Shown: in pieces, positions 30,471-44,370 of the stretch
Layout of the letters: the number at the start of each line of letters is the position of its first letter
How positions within the stretch are numbered: the stretch's first letter is position 1
Source of the DNA: Octopus vulgaris
Taxonomy: Eukaryota
NCBI GenBank assembly: GCA_951406725.2
Contig: OX597821.1
Coordinates: 18,104,001 to 18,168,000 of the forward strand
Direction: 5' to 3'
Length of the DNA: 64,000 nt
Notes under the pieces: generated by a model
Database searches by the model: none
What the model saw: the letters and a program-made list of their open reading frames with translations, nothing else
What the model was told of the DNA's origin: nothing
Made by a program: the position numbers and the translations under genes

Positions 30471-30687
30471 TATTTATGTGTTTATTTGAAAGAACTATAG
30501 AAAGTCAATTTGACTTAGCTATTCGGCTTTCCATACTCTGGATAATTCATGTGGCCAAGCATGAAAACGTAGACGTAGCAGAAAACTGTAAGTTCGTTCC
30601 TTATCGAATCATAACCTTTTTATCTTTTACCTTTTATTTGTTTCACCAACATCGGTTATCAAAGTTTAGGGTGAACTAAAACAAACA

Positions 30688-30746
<59 letters not shown>

Positions 30747-30774
30747 ACATATATTATATATATATAAATATATA

Positions 30775-30940
30775 CACGACCGGCTTCTTTCAGTTTCCGA
30801 CTATGAAATCCACTCACAAGGCTTTGGTTGGCCCGAAGCTATAGCAGAAGACATTTGCCCTAGGTACTACGCAGCGGGACTGAACCCGGAGTCAATATGG
30901 TTTGGAAGCAAACTTCTTACCACACAGTCAAACCTGTATC
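30775..30940 (-). mobile_element. Partial family-A SINE
   Basis: cttctttcagtttccg...aaatccactcacaaggc...gggactgaacccgg. Confidence 0.7.
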
Positions 30941-32419
30941 TGTGTACAATGTTTTGTATAAAGTTTTATATAAATTGTCTTAACCAATTCCTCCAAGACG
31001 ATTTCAAGTCCAACATTATAGTGACTGACAAGCAGACAGGTGAAAAGGAGGGTGTGTGTGGAAGTGTTAAACAACTTTTAATAAATAAAGTTTATGTCTA
31101 TCCGAAGAAAACACTGCAGAAACCTTGTGAAAGTTTGATTTGATACTGAAAGACGTTCGCTATTTTCCTGGCGCTTGGTCTATTTCTCGCTACAGAAATC
31201 TACTGAAGTCATTGCACTCGCTAAACTACCTCCTACTCTTTTTGCTGATATTGAAAGACTGACAAAATTCTAGTGAACAATATTTACACTTGTAACTGAA
31301 AGGAGTGCAATTGGTTTTGATTTTATAAATATTTTAAAGGCAATACGTAAAGGAGACGAGTTTTCTGTGCTTCCATTTAGGCACTAAAAATTCACTGTCA
31401 AAAAATCTAGTAGTTCAATAAAATAAGTACCAGTTGTGCACTGGGGTCAATGTAATCGAGTTATCCCTTCCATCGTAACTGATGACCTTGTGCCAAAATT
31501 TGAAATCATTATTATTACTGGCTCTCAAGCATAAATACGTGTTTATGTTTTGCTCCAAACCCTGAATATATTGCATGATTTACCAAATCTTTCTGTGGCA
31601 TATTTGCTCAAAAACAATTTAATTATGTAAGGTCGGCCTGCCTCGATACCCAGAAGTAGTCGAAAAAAATGGGTTTTCACAGACTTTATTTTCTTAAACA
31701 TTCTGACCACATTTCACACTCGAGATATTTATCAAATGCCACCACGGTATGAGATAAAATATTGCAACAGCAAATGAAACGAGAAAAATAGCATTAAAAC
31801 AAGTCACACTGGAACGAACAGGAAGAAAATAATTAATATTTTAATGAGCAATTAATAATCAATAACAGCCTTCGCACAGCAACAAACGTTTTAAATTGTC
31901 CTATTAGGAGTTGTATTAAATTTAATCTTGGTTCCGTTTCACACAGAATTTTTAGATTTAACACGGTTTTCAGAAAAAAAAATTAGTTGGAAGAATTTTG
32001 TAAAACTGAACAGTGTCACTTTGTCACAGGATCTAATCCAAGAGGGTACAAAGAAATAAACGTTATAAGGTCTGTGTTTTATAAAAGGATTGTAGCGGTA
32101 TCGAATTAACATAGAAGCAGCAACTAGAACAAGCACGATAAATTTCCAGGAAAATACGGAAAATTGGTGAGGAGGAACAACCTCCTCAAAAAACAGTGAT
32201 GTCCCACTTAGAGTTATGATAAAGTGATAAAGAAGAAGAGGGTGAACTGAAATTCACCATCTTTTTAAAATCAAACCAACAGCTAGTAGATTAGATCACG
32301 TATTTTATGGAGCTATGGGTATTCCGTTGACGTAAAATTCCTTTTTTTAGTATAAGCACAAGGCCTGAAATTTTAGGAGAGGTGATGGTTGATTACATCG
32401 ACTGCAGTACTCAACTTAT

Positions 32420-33182
32420 ATCTTTACTGCCCACAAGGGGCTACACACAGAGGGGACAGACAAGGACAGACAAGGTCAGACAAACGGATTAAGTTGATTA
32501 TATCAACCACAATGCATCGACTCCGAAAGAATGAAAGGCGAAGTCGACCTCGGCGGAATTTGAACTCAGAACGTAACCGCTGACGAAATACCTATTTCTT
32601 TACTACTCACAAGGGGCTAAACACAGAGAGGACAAATAAGGACAGACAAACAGATTAAGTCGATTATATCGACCCCAGTGTGTAACTGGTACATATTTAA
32701 TCGACTCCGAAAGGATGAAAGGCAAAGTCGACATCGGTGATTTTTTTAACACAGGACGCACACATGGGCGAAATACCTATTTCTTTACTATCCACAAGGG
32801 GCTACACACACAAAGGGGACAAACAAGGACAGACAAACGGATTAAGTCGATTACATAGACGCCAATGCGTAACTGGTACTTAATTTATCGACCCCGAAAG
32901 GATGAAAGGCAAAGTCGACCTCGGAATTTGAACTCAGAGCGTAACGGCAGACGAAATACCTATTTCTTTATTACCCACAAGGAGCTAAACACAGAGCGGA
33001 CAAACAAGGACAGACATAGGTATTAAGTCGATTACATCGACCCCAGTGCGTAACTGGTACTTAATTTATCGACCCCGAAAGGATGAAAGGCAAAGTCGAC
33101 CTCGGCGGAATTTGAACTCAGAACGTAACGGCAGACGAAATACCGCTAAGCATTTCGCCAACGATTTTGCCAGCTTATCGCC
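32420..33182 (-). mobile_element. Head-to-tail tandem array of four Nin-domain-like SINE units (family D, ~185 bp each)
   Basis: Repeated cccacaaggggctaaacacagag...gaccccgaaaggatgaaaggcaaagtcgacctcggcgg units. Monomers occur at 40787, 43108 and 55345. Confidence 0.85.
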
Positions 33183-33777
33183 TTTCCATTGATGTAAAAA
33201 TGACAGAGTTAAACTTCGAATATAAGAGACACGCGAAGGGGAGGTTGTTAGTGAAAATAAAACAAAGGTGTTACAAAGGTGAGCTGAAACAGTCTAACAC
33301 TGAAGACGTAGGGCGTTATAAAGATTATTTCTGTCTTCTATCCTCCCATTCTAGTTAGTTTTATTTCTTATCTTTATCTTAGAGTATTTTTTGTTTCTTT
33401 TTTAAAATACGTTACTGTCAGTTGAGATGTCCCATCCATCAACACACTTCGATTTCATCAACTTCTAAAGCAACAGATGATGTTCTCCTTCCTATGCATT
33501 AACTATCATTACTAAAATGGCCACAGTACCTCGTAGCTGGCTGGTTGCATACCATTTTGTCTCAAGTCTGACCGACCTACTTGCTTCTCCCCAATCTCCA
33601 CCCTTACCGTACTAGTGATGATATTCATACCTTCCTTCCATAAATGTCAAACCTCTGAAATATCCTTTCCAGCCAAGTTTTTCCTACAGGAGTTGACTTT
33701 CAGATGCTCAAAATAAACAGTAATTACATCACACTCACAAGTCTCGAGAGGTCTGGGAGATCGTGGTACCATCTTTC

Positions 33778-33867
33778 TATGTATGTATGTATGTATGTAT
33801 GTATGTATGTATGTATGTATGTATGTATGTATGTATATAAGAGAGAAAAAGAGACGAAAAGAGATAG

Positions 33868-33944
<77 letters not shown>

Positions 33945-33977
33945 CAGACAGATAGATAGATAGACATATAGATAGAC

Positions 33978-34052
<75 letters not shown>

Positions 34053-34081
34053 CAGACAAACAGATAAACAGAGAGACAGAC

Positions 34082-34166
<85 letters not shown>
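33778..34166. repeat. (TATG)n and (GATA)n microsatellites
   Basis: Visible runs. Confidence 0.95.
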
Positions 34167-34167
<1 letters not shown>

Positions 34168-34382
34168 GAGGAGCCTTTAATTCCAAAGCCTTTTCGGATT
34201 ACTGATTTTTCAGGAGCGGTCACCTTGATCAACACATTCTAAATTAAATATAAAACTTGCTTGATTAAAGAAACACAGATGCCAGTGAATTAACGTGAAT
34301 TACAAAAGATTTTGGAGCATCATCGTCCAGAAAGTCGGTGTTGTAGTTGTGTAGGTGTATATATATATATATATATATATAT

Positions 34383-34570
34383 AGTTAATCCAAACATGAA
34401 AGCACAAAAAAACACAACAACGCGAGGACGTGGAACAAATATAGTATTATTGGACGCTCAGGAAAGAAGGGAAGAAGGAGGGTTTAACGTTTCGAGCGGA
34501 GCTCTTCGTCGGAAACATAAGAGAAGGGAAGACAGAGGGGAAAAAATTGCTAACGGTACATACGCTGTCA
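34383..34570 (-). mobile_element. ~190-bp hammerhead-bearing dispersed element (family H1)
   Basis: Homologous to 40640-41060, 45340-45537 and 62784-62980. 3' end abuts (TA)n. HHR-like motif at 34482-34516. Confidence 0.75.
34482..34516 (-). ncRNA. Minimal type I hammerhead-like motif
   Basis: gttt-CCGACGA-a-gagc(tcc)gctc-GAA-ACGT-T-aaac. U4C core variant. Confidence 0.55.
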
Positions 34571-35020
34571 CAGAGAGAAGACAGACAGACAGGCAGATTA
34601 CGTCCCTTGATTCATTGCTTTATTCAAGAGAATCTCCGCAAACTAAACGAGACTGTGTTTTACAAAATGGAATCACCATGTGATTGGCTAGAAAAATTGC
34701 TAAAACACTAGGATGTTTTCCTACTTTTTTTTAACATGAAACCAATGGTAGCCTTAATTCCCAAATAAAGAAATTATATCCACCAACGCAGTGTTGAGCA
34801 CTCACCTTCATCGTTCAACATATATATTCTTTTATTCTTATATTTGTTCCAGTCATTTGACTGCGGCTATGCTGGAGTATCGCGTTTAGTCGAACAAAGG
34901 TACTACACAGTGGGAATGAACCCGGTATCATGTGGTAGGGAAGCAAGCTTCTTACGGCTCACACCACGCTTGCGCCTCTCTCTCTCTCTCTCTTTCTTTG
35001 TTTCTCTCTTTCTCTCTCTT

Positions 35021-35120
<100 letters not shown>

Positions 35121-35457
35121 ATGTCCTGTTATTATTTTTATTGTATATTTTATTGTATTTATATCTGTGTAACATTGTCTGTTTTTCCGTCCTTGTTTTT
35201 GTATACATTCGATGCTTTCTTCCAAAGAATCTAATGCTCTTAGCTTAGTTTTTCCTTGGGGCTGGCCAGATTGGAGCAATCTCAAGAATAATCAGCCGAA
35301 ATTGCGGGGATAATCTAGTTCTTGATTGAAGATAGAAAACTTCGACTGACCCGTCCTTGTTTTTTTTTTTTTTTTTGTATCGTTTATCTGGATATTTTGT
35401 TGTCCCTTTTTGTATCACCTAGTTGTCCGGATGTTTTGTGTTCTTGTCCCATTTTGT

Positions 35458-35569
<112 letters not shown>

Positions 35570-35914
35570 CACGCTTGTGAGTGTGTGTGTATCGGAGTTG
35601 TCTTGCCTACCAAGTGACTTCATCTCAGGCTGTATATTGGGATGAAATAACTACATTGTGGGAGAGATATTTAATAACATAAAGCTGATAAATTCACTTG
35701 AAATTCAGCTGCCACTGACTTTCAAACAATTGCAGTGGGATTGTGTCTGCTATGGTTTGTGCTTTTATGCACCAAGCGATTATGTGGGAGGATCTCTCGA
35801 GACTATTAACGCAGTATTTGGTGTTCTAACAAGACATCTTTTGGTAGTGACATTGCTTCCATCGCTAGTATATCAGTGGCCAGAACATGCAATCAAAATT
35901 TTTTTTTCATGAAA

Positions 35915-36656
35915 GAAGAGTGTATAATTGTAAATAAATCACAATTATAAGGGAGGGAGTCATAAAAATCCTTACATGTCTAGAAATAGCGATCAAAACC
36001 GCTGTAAAGCCTCTATAACCACTCATATTTCGCCGTGGCTCGTTTAATGGTCCCTTCTTATAAACGCTATAACGTTTGAATTAAGAATTTTAATTGTGTA
36101 GATAGACGTTGACACATTAAGTCTCATGGTGTGTTTTTTGTATTAGTTTCTATGTACAGGAATGTTCTCCCGACGAGAAGAATGGATCTATTTTTGGTTC
36201 CTAACTTCGAAATTGCAATAGAGGAGTATCTTTTATTTTTATTTAAATTTTGAATTTTTATGTCATGTCGCTCGCCGACAGCTTTTATTGTTGAGGAGAT
36301 ACAATATTAGTGTTTAAAGTGGCTTTATAACGGTTTTGACTGCTATTTCTAGACATGTAAAGGTTTTATAACCCTCTCTGTTATAATTGTGATTTATTCT
36401 CAATTATATACTTCTCTTTTGCTTTGCGGGAGCGACTGTTTTGATGAAGGCACATCTTTTACTAACGCTCGAAATACGGAGTAGATAAAACAGTGAACAA
36501 CTGATGAAGGGATTGTTCTTTATGTTGCCTGTCTCGTTTTTCTATCTGTTTCTTTGGTTGTTCAAAAAAAGTTAGTTTTCCATGTTTTTGTATTTCATGT
36601 TCTCGTTTCGCATGTTGTTTACGTTTTTTGACGTCCTGTACACCCATATATGCATG

Positions 36657-36718
<62 letters not shown>

Positions 36719-36751
36719 AGTATGTACATGTATGTCTGTATAGATATATAT

Positions 36752-36822
<71 letters not shown>

Positions 36823-36910
36823 TATAGTATGATATGATCGAACACACGCATCATTTCCCAAGTAAGTTTTATCTTAATTCTGATACGACACTATTCTATC
36901 ACTATCTCTA

Positions 36911-36944
<34 letters not shown>

Positions 36945-37520
36945 TCTTTCTATACTCTTTTTCTCTCCCACCCTTTCTCTAATTCTTCTCCTCCCCTCTT
37001 CGCCGTTCTGTCCCTCTCTCTCTTCCTCACTCTTCCTCCTCGACTCTCTCGTTGCTCGCACGTAACCAGCGGCCATCTTTCCTCATATAACTCGAATTTC
37101 TTTCTCGTTCAGCTACCAGGGATAGCACGCATTTTTATCTGTCTCCTGTCAATACTTGTTTATCCAGTGTACACCACTTCACCTTGTTATGGCTTAACAG
37201 CCCTTAACATTTGTTTTAACTGTCCTGTTTTTGTTACCAACTTGGACTCTTCGCAAATCCCAAATTTTATTTAATTTGCTTTGCAGAAGCGACTGTTTTG
37301 ACGTAGACGCATCTTGTTCTAACGCACGAAATGCCGAGTAGATAAAACAGTGGAGAACTGATGAAAGGGATTGTTCTTTATGATGCCTGTCTCGTTTTTC
37401 TATTTGTTTCTTTCGTCGTCCTAAAAAGGTTCACTTTCAATGTTTTTGTATTTCATGTTCTCGTTTTTTATGTTGTTTACATTTTTTGACGTCCTGTACC
37501 CATATATGTATGTGTATATA
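35915..37520 (+). mobile_element. Non-autonomous Penelope-like structure: inverted repeat, HHR and a ~240-bp direct repeat
   Basis: About 35915-36030 is inverted relative to about 36300-36415. Direct repeat 36418-36660 / 37277-37520, each copy ending in (TA)n. HHR-like motif at 36165. Confidence 0.55.
36165..36225 (+). ncRNA. Type I hammerhead-like motif
   Basis: ttctc-CCGACGA-gaag...cttc-GAA-ATTGCAAT (palindromic stem III)-A-gagga. All three stems pair. Confidence 0.65.
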
Positions 37521-37884
37521 CATATATATGTAAGTATGTACATATATGTGTGTATATATATATATTATTTATAGTATTATATGTGTGTATATATATATAT
37601 ATATATAAATTAAATTAGAGATAAAACCACTATTAGGCAAATCAAACAGTGAAAAACATAAACCAAAACATAAGAATAAAAATAATTAATATGATATACA
37701 AATATATAAAATATAAAATTTAAAATTTAAATTATTTAAATTTAAAATTTTTAATTTATATTTATAAATTTTTATATTTTTTAATTTTAAATATTTTTGA
37801 AATTTTAAATTAATAAACTTTTAAACTTTTATATATGGGAAAAGTAAAGAGAAACAAAGGAAATGGACACTGGGTATCAAAGTA

Positions 37885-38190
37885 ATGGCTTCTTTTTACA
37901 AATATGAAGATATATACATACAAATAAATGATTTGAGGTGAAATTAAGAAGTATAAAAATCATTATCATGAGCCAATATAGATAGTCATACCGGTTTCGT
38001 CATTGTTGCTCACTAACTTTGAATCAACAACGATGCGGTGTTGATTCAAAGCCAGAAGACAGTGATGACGAGGCCGGTATGACTTTCTATATTGACTCAT
38101 GATAATGATATTTATACTTCGTAATTTCACCTCAAATAGTTTATTTGTATGGATGTAGCATTGTTGTTATAGAAAAAAGCCATTATTTTT
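37885..38190. repeat. Imperfect fold-back hairpin, ~145-bp arms
   Basis: Left arm ...catacaaataaa...gtcataccggtttcgtca...ctttgaatcaaca pairs with right arm tgttgattcaaag...tgacgaggccggtatgac...tttatttgtatg. Confidence 0.85.
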
Positions 38191-38343
38191 AAAACTAAGT
38201 GTGCATTTTTTTTCATTTTACGTTTCCCCTATTTATACCAAGTGTAGTCCTTTTTCTTTGAAACCTGTTTCTATTATGTGTGTGTGTGTGTGTGTGTGTC
38301 TCTCTCTCTCTCTCTCTCCCTCTCTCTCCCTCTCTCTCTGTGT

Positions 38344-38393
<50 letters not shown>

Positions 38394-39260
38394 TTATAAT
38401 TATATCCTCTAAGTTCGTTTCCGGAAAACGCTTTGAATACGCGAATAAAAGCTCCTATTCGGTTGTGCCGGCTACAGCCTAATGGTGCCAACTGACAATA
38501 CCATTTCTTTTCGGGTTGCATCGAGCTGCGCTGGTTTAATGTAGGATAAATATAATAATAACAATAATCCTTGGATTGTGCGTGTCCACAAATTACCTGT
38601 TTCTTAACATCACAGTCCGTATTCCTGGGATGATTACAGTGCAGTCTGTAATATCCATGAACATCGGATAGATCATGTTCATGCATTCATTTCTTCAGGC
38701 GAAATAACATAAATGGATATTTAACTGGGGGCTGTTTACCAATTTTGATTAATGATAAGGTTGATTGGGGTATGCTGGCATTTCTATTGGGAGGGGTGGA
38801 AGGTGATGGGAAGAAAGGAAGGAATGGTAGTTATTAGGAGGTGGAGGTGTGTGGTGTGATGTTGGACTTATTTTGTTATTTGAGGATGCAGATATCAGGA
38901 TGAGTAGTATGGTTCTTTTGCTTGATCTTATTCACAGCAGGCCCCTGCTCAGTAAGTACAGTCATCCTGTTGTTGGAGTTCATTGTTTGAGTTGACAAAA
39001 GGTACTTTCTTAAAGTGACCTTTTAATTACTTTTGGTGGTATAATGGTATAGTATATAGCATATGAAAATAGTGGCTATTTTGTGTAGTTGTATTCTTCC
39101 CTTGTTCTATTATATGTTAAATGTGGTTAGTGCAAAGCAATTTTGCCAAGAACAAAGAAACGTTGTTCAAAAACGGTGTCTAAAACCGTGGACTTAAACG
39201 ATACTGAACACTTTCAAACGAGTATTTTTAAAATTTCCCAAGCGTATACGTTAATTCATA

Positions 39261-39451
39261 CCGTATTTTCCGGCATACAAGTCGACGTAGAATATAGTGT
39301 AAACAAGTAATTCATCATTTTCTTTCCAAATCCTATAGAAGTTCAAGTGAAATTTTTGGTCCTCGCAAGTCGTTTTGGTGTATAAGTCGACCTACCGTTT
39401 TTCGTTGTAAATTTTGCTGTGAAAAATTCGACTTGTATACCGGTAATACAG
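39261..39451. mobile_element. pogo/Tigger-type MITE
   Basis: TA|CCGTATTTTCCGGCATACAAGTCGA ... TCGACTTGTATACCGGTAATACAG|TA terminal inverted repeats with TA TSD. Confidence 0.75.
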
Positions 39452-39816
39452 TATTCGTCTATTTTAAGCTTTGGATGATCAACTTAAAATTGAAGAAACA
39501 GAGAATCAGGAGAGGAAACTGCTAACACTCACTGGGAGAATATATTTATCTTTTATCTTTTACTTGTTCGAATCACTTGTCTGCGGCCACACTGGAACAC
39601 CACCTCCATGGGTTTAGTCGGACAAATCGACCCCAGTACTTATATTTTTAAAGCCCACGACGTATTCGATCGTTCACTTATTGCTAAGATGTTAATTTAC
39701 GGAGCATAAACAGAACGACACATGTTGCCAAGCGGTGGTATATACTCACACACACACACACACACATATTTCGTTTTTGTTCACCACTAAAAGACAATGG
39801 CTCTCCCCAGACACAG

Positions 39817-39882
<66 letters not shown>

Positions 39883-40474
39883 AAATAAGGATATTCAGAT
39901 AACAGAATAAGGTACTTGAAAATATATGCACCATTTGATTATATAATCATTTGATTATATTTAGCGATCGTGATTTCAGTTCCTAGATCGGTTGGCGCGT
40001 TGTGTTCTTGAGCAAAACACTTCATCACACCTTGCTCTGCGGTCACTTCGACACATGACGCGTTGTACACGGTACACCTGTTCAGACAACATCAATTTGG
40101 TGGAGAGAGAGAGAGCTAAAGTGCGACACGAACGTTTGATCACTATAGACAAATTATTTGTGCAGGTCGTTCGACAAAAAGCTGAATGCTCATACGTCGT
40201 CGCCGACAGGATAGTCCATCATATGAACTTCTTACAATGGGATTCTACCAGATTCTGTCTACCAAATCCATTCACAAGGTTTTGGTCGGCGCCAGGCTAT
40301 AGTGCAAGACACTTGAGCAAGGTACCACACAGTGGGACTAAACACGGAACCACGTTGTTCAAAAGCATCGTAACACACAGCCACGCCTGCATATATATAT
40401 ATGAAGAACTCGGAAGGTTCAGCCTCCAACCAGGACTTTCGCGACACCCTTAAAGCCAGGAACTTTTCAGCATC

Positions 40475-40589
<115 letters not shown>

Positions 40590-40639
40590 AATATTCCAAA
40601 CTGATGTCCTGTAGGGTATATATATATATATATTTCAAA

Positions 40640-41060
40640 GTGAGACCTTGTGTGTACCGTTGGCGATTTTTTTCCCTCTGTCTTCCCTTCTCGGGATCTT
40701 TCCTTCTCCTATGTTTCCGACGAAGAGCTCGAAACGTTAAACCCTCCTACTTTCCTTCTTTCCTGAGCGTCCAATAAAACTATATTGAGCTGGCAGAATC
40801 GTTAGCACGCAGGGCGAAATGCGTAGCCGTATTTCGTCTGCTGTCACGTGTTCTGGGTTCAAATTCCGCCGAGGTCGACTTTGCCTTTCATCCTTTCGGG
40901 GTCGATAAATTAAGTACCAGTTACGCACTGGGGTCGATATAATCGACTTAATACCTTTGTTTGTCCCCTCTATGTTTAGCCCCTTGTGGGTAGTAAAGAA
41001 ATATATATTTGTTCCACGTCCTCGCGTTGTGTCTTTTTGTGCTTTCTTGTTTGGATTAAC
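40640..41060 (+). mobile_element. Family-H1 hammerhead-bearing element interrupted by a family-D SINE (40787-41002)
   Basis: The two halves match the 34383 family. Collapsed HHR-like motif at 40713-40742. The SINE carries the Nin-like gcctttcatcctttcggggtcgataaattaagtaccag. Confidence 0.75.
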
Positions 41061-41078
41061 GTTATATATGTGTATATA

Positions 41079-41210
<132 letters not shown>

Positions 41211-41714
41211 TATACGATGAGTCACTTTCAGTTTCCTCATACTACTTCTACTTATAGTATTTTGGTCAGACCGGAGATGTAGTAGAAGACACTTGCCCAA
41301 GTAAAACTAACACTAGCACACACACCCAACACCCCACAACATATGACAGAATAAGATCCCCATAAACTGATAACAATATGAACAAACTATAATACAATAC
41401 ACAGATAAACAAATGGAATTGAATAACTATATATGCTAATAAAATTAAATTAAATTAAATACAAAAACAGAGAAAAAAAATAGGTATAACACACGAACAA
41501 AATAAATAAAAACAAATTAAACGAACGTGTATAAACAGGGTATACAGATAATACAGGCACTCCTCCACACACACACATACACACGCACTTAGTATACATA
41601 GACACATAGGGATGTACGCATGCGCAAATAAAAACACATACAATAGGAATACAAAACACAAAATGGCTGATCGTTAGTAAAGAAAGACACACAAATAAGA
41701 AAGAAGACAGCAAT

Positions 41715-41759
41715 GGACCACCGATGAGGTCGCAGAAGTGTGACGAAAGAACTCTGGCC
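41715..41759 (+). ncRNA. Minimal type I hammerhead-like motif
   Basis: ggacca-CCGATGA-g-gtcgca(gaag)tgtgac-GAA-A(gaac)T-C-tggcc. Confidence 0.6.
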
Positions 41760-41880
41760 GAAATACGATTAATGTAAAAAATAAAATAAAGCTGAAGCAA
41801 ATTAACACCAAATATAAAGTGCGTGGGTTTTATTGGCTAAACTAGCAACGTGACCATCCCCAAATACAACAATATATCTA

Positions 41881-41943
<63 letters not shown>

Positions 41944-41989
41944 TATTTATTTTTATTTTATCTAGTTTCAGCTCACGAGTTGTGGCCAT

Positions 41990-42490
41990 GCTGGGGCACC
42001 GCCATTTGGTGTTGCTACATGATTTTACTTCACGAATGCTTTTTAGCAATTACCATTTGGTGCATGAGAGAGTTCGATGCAGCTGCCCTCATCTGCACCT
42101 CCTGCCGTGAAGTTGGTTCATCTGGGACACTTGACAGGAAGAGATCCAGTTTTATTTTAAAGACATCTGCATCCACCCCATGGGAGGATATTGAAGAGCT
42201 GTGGGCCTCTGAAGCCCAGGCTATCACAGTATCCTGTCCTACATCTTGATGGCAAATTTGGAGTCCTTGGCACTATGCAGTGGCGCCCAGTTCTAGCATT
42301 TGTGTAACTCTCGATGCCAAAGTTTGGGACAAGTCCTTCTATGATCTTCCAGATGTATATCATGGCATATCTTTCTCGCCTACGCTCTAAGGAATAGAGT
42401 CTTAATCTCTTGAGTCTTTCCCAGTAGCTTATATGCTGCACAGAGGCTATCTTCTTCGTGTAACTTCGTTGGATCGCCTCAAGTTCTGTG
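41990..42490 (-). mobile_element. CR1/L2-like LINE 3' fragment
   Basis: ISYWERLKRLRLYSLERRRERYAMIYIWKIIEGLVPNFG...FNILP...FKIKLDLFL, a typical CR1-group ORF2 C-terminus. Confidence 0.75.
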
Positions 42491-42491
42491 A

Positions 42492-42666
42492 TATATATAC
42501 AATTATAACAATAATTAAGGGTTTAGCAACAAGTTGCTTGACCACATACCGAAAATTCTAGAAATAGCAGCCAAAAGATTGCTATTTCTTTTTTTTTTCT
42601 AAAATTTTCAGTATGTGATCAAGCAACTTGTTGCTAAACCTTTAATTATTGCTATAATTATATATA
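42492..42666. repeat. Fold-back hairpin, ~80-bp arms
   Basis: aattataacaataattaagggtttagcaacaagttgcttgaccacatac pairs with gtatgtgatcaagcaacttgttgctaaacctttaattattgctataatt. Confidence 0.9.
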
Positions 42667-42783
42667 AAAAAACTTTTTGTATAAGTTTTTATCGAATATG
42701 GTTCTTTTCCATCCCGAAAACTACTTGGTAAAATTTGTTAATTTTATTAAATTAATAATTTTTTTACCCTATATTTGTAATGA

Positions 42784-42850
<67 letters not shown>

Positions 42851-42857
42851 CGCGTGT

Positions 42858-42890
<33 letters not shown>

Positions 42891-42987
42891 TGTACATAGT
42901 TGAGATTAACAGAAAAACAAAAGACGAAGACAGGGGTATAAACAACAAGCAGGTGTATTAGTTTAACGCTCGGGAAGGTGAGAAGGT

Positions 42988-43023
42988 CTTTTACGTTTCG
43001 AGCCTACGCTCTTCAACAGAAAG
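42988..43023 (-). ncRNA. Minimal hammerhead-like motif in a family-H2 element (about 42900-43050)
   Basis: cttt-CTGTTGA-a-gagc(gtag)gctc-GAA-ACGT-A-aaag. A6U core variant. Confidence 0.5.
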
Positions 43024-43065
43024 GAACACGAGGAAATAAACTGAGAGAACAAAAAACTTTTGGAG

Positions 43066-43107
<42 letters not shown>

Positions 43108-43111
<4 letters not shown>

Positions 43112-43318
43112 TCTTTATTGCCCACAAGGGGCTAAACATAGAGGGGACAAACAAGGACAAACAAACGGATTAAGTCGATTACATCAACCCAGTGCGTAAC
43201 TGGCACTTAATTTATCGACCCCGAAAGGATGAAAAGCAAAGTCGACCTCGGCGGAATTTGAACTCAGAACGTAACGGCAGACGAAATACGGCTACGCATT
43301 TCGCCCGGCTAGCTCGCC
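43108..43318 (-). mobile_element. Family-D (Nin-like) SINE monomer
   Basis: Reverse complement of 40787-41002 and 55345-55570. Confidence 0.8.
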
Positions 43319-43332
43319 TTATATATACACGT

Positions 43333-43379
<47 letters not shown>

Positions 43380-43389
43380 TATGTGTGTT

Positions 43390-44370
43390 TACATAAAACC
43401 AAGAAAGAGTGTCTACGTGACATTCTGTTTGCTGATAATTGTGCTCTAATTTCTCTTACATTTAAGGGCATTCGAGAAACTGTTGACAGGTCTGCTGTGG
43501 TAGCTCGTGCATTTAGACTGGCTGTCAGCATCAAGAAGACTGAAGTTTTATTCCAATCAAAGCCTGGGGCAAAACATACTCAAGATTCAAACGTGATGAT
43601 TGGCAACAAGCCACTCAAATGGGTCAGGGGTCATTTAAATATCTTAGAAGTACAAATAACTTTAAGAGTACTTTGATGACAAAATTACTGTCAGAATATC
43701 TAAGGCTCTAGATGCTTTCGGAAAACTTGCCCATCGGTTGTGAGATGAACATGGTGTCAATCTTAAAACAAAAACAAGTGTGTGCAAATCTTGTGTTTTG
43801 AGCACACTTTTATGGGGCAGAAACATGAACTTCCATCTACAAACATATAAGAGAACTTAAAACATTTCACATGTGCTCTCTGCGCAATATCTGCAACATA
43901 AAATGGCAAGATCAGATATCAATTGTCAAAATCTTAGAAAAATCTCCAGTATCCAAAGTATGCTGCTGAGAATTCAGTGCAGATGGGTAGGTTGCTCGAA
44001 TGAAAGATGATCGCATTCAGAAAATTGTTTTGTATGGCCAACAAGTAGAGGGATACTGCGGTAAAGGAAGACTTGTCCTTAGGTATAAAGATAAGCTGAA
44101 GCAATCACTAAAATCTCTACAGTTTAACTTGTCATCTTGGAAAAGTCATTGCCTGGATCGTTCAGCATGACACAAAATATGTCATGATGCATCAAAACAA
44201 CTTGAGTTGAAGAAACAGAACAAAAGAATTTTCGTGCAATCAACAGGTACATTCGCCCAATCCCAAGCAAAATCAAAATCATCAGTGTCCTCATTGTGAC
44301 GTCATAGCAAAATCCATATCTGAAGTCAAATTACATTCACGTGTCCATCGCAAATACATGCAGCTTCTTT
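43390..44370 (+). mobile_element. RTE (BovB-like) LINE 3' fragment, decayed
   Basis: LRDILFADNCAL...FRLAVSIKKTEVLFQ, FKYL, later RMKDDRIQKIVLYG..., with stops and frameshifts. Confidence 0.75.

Noticed and set aside
32420-33182. CRISPR-like regular repeat
   Set aside because: Whole ~185-bp units repeat with no unique spacers, the unit matches dispersed SINE monomers, no cas genes are present, and the context is eukaryotic.
35250-35315. ggctg...cagcc-GAAA stem II-like element
   Set aside because: No recognisable CUGANGA box. At best a decayed motif.
37690-37830. AT-only quasi-palindromic stretch
   Set aside because: Low complexity makes self-complementarity expected by chance.
38480-38690. 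Cys/His-rich minus-strand ORF segment as an extra exon
   Set aside because: No carboxylesterase homology, and exons 1 and 2 already join without a gap in the domain.
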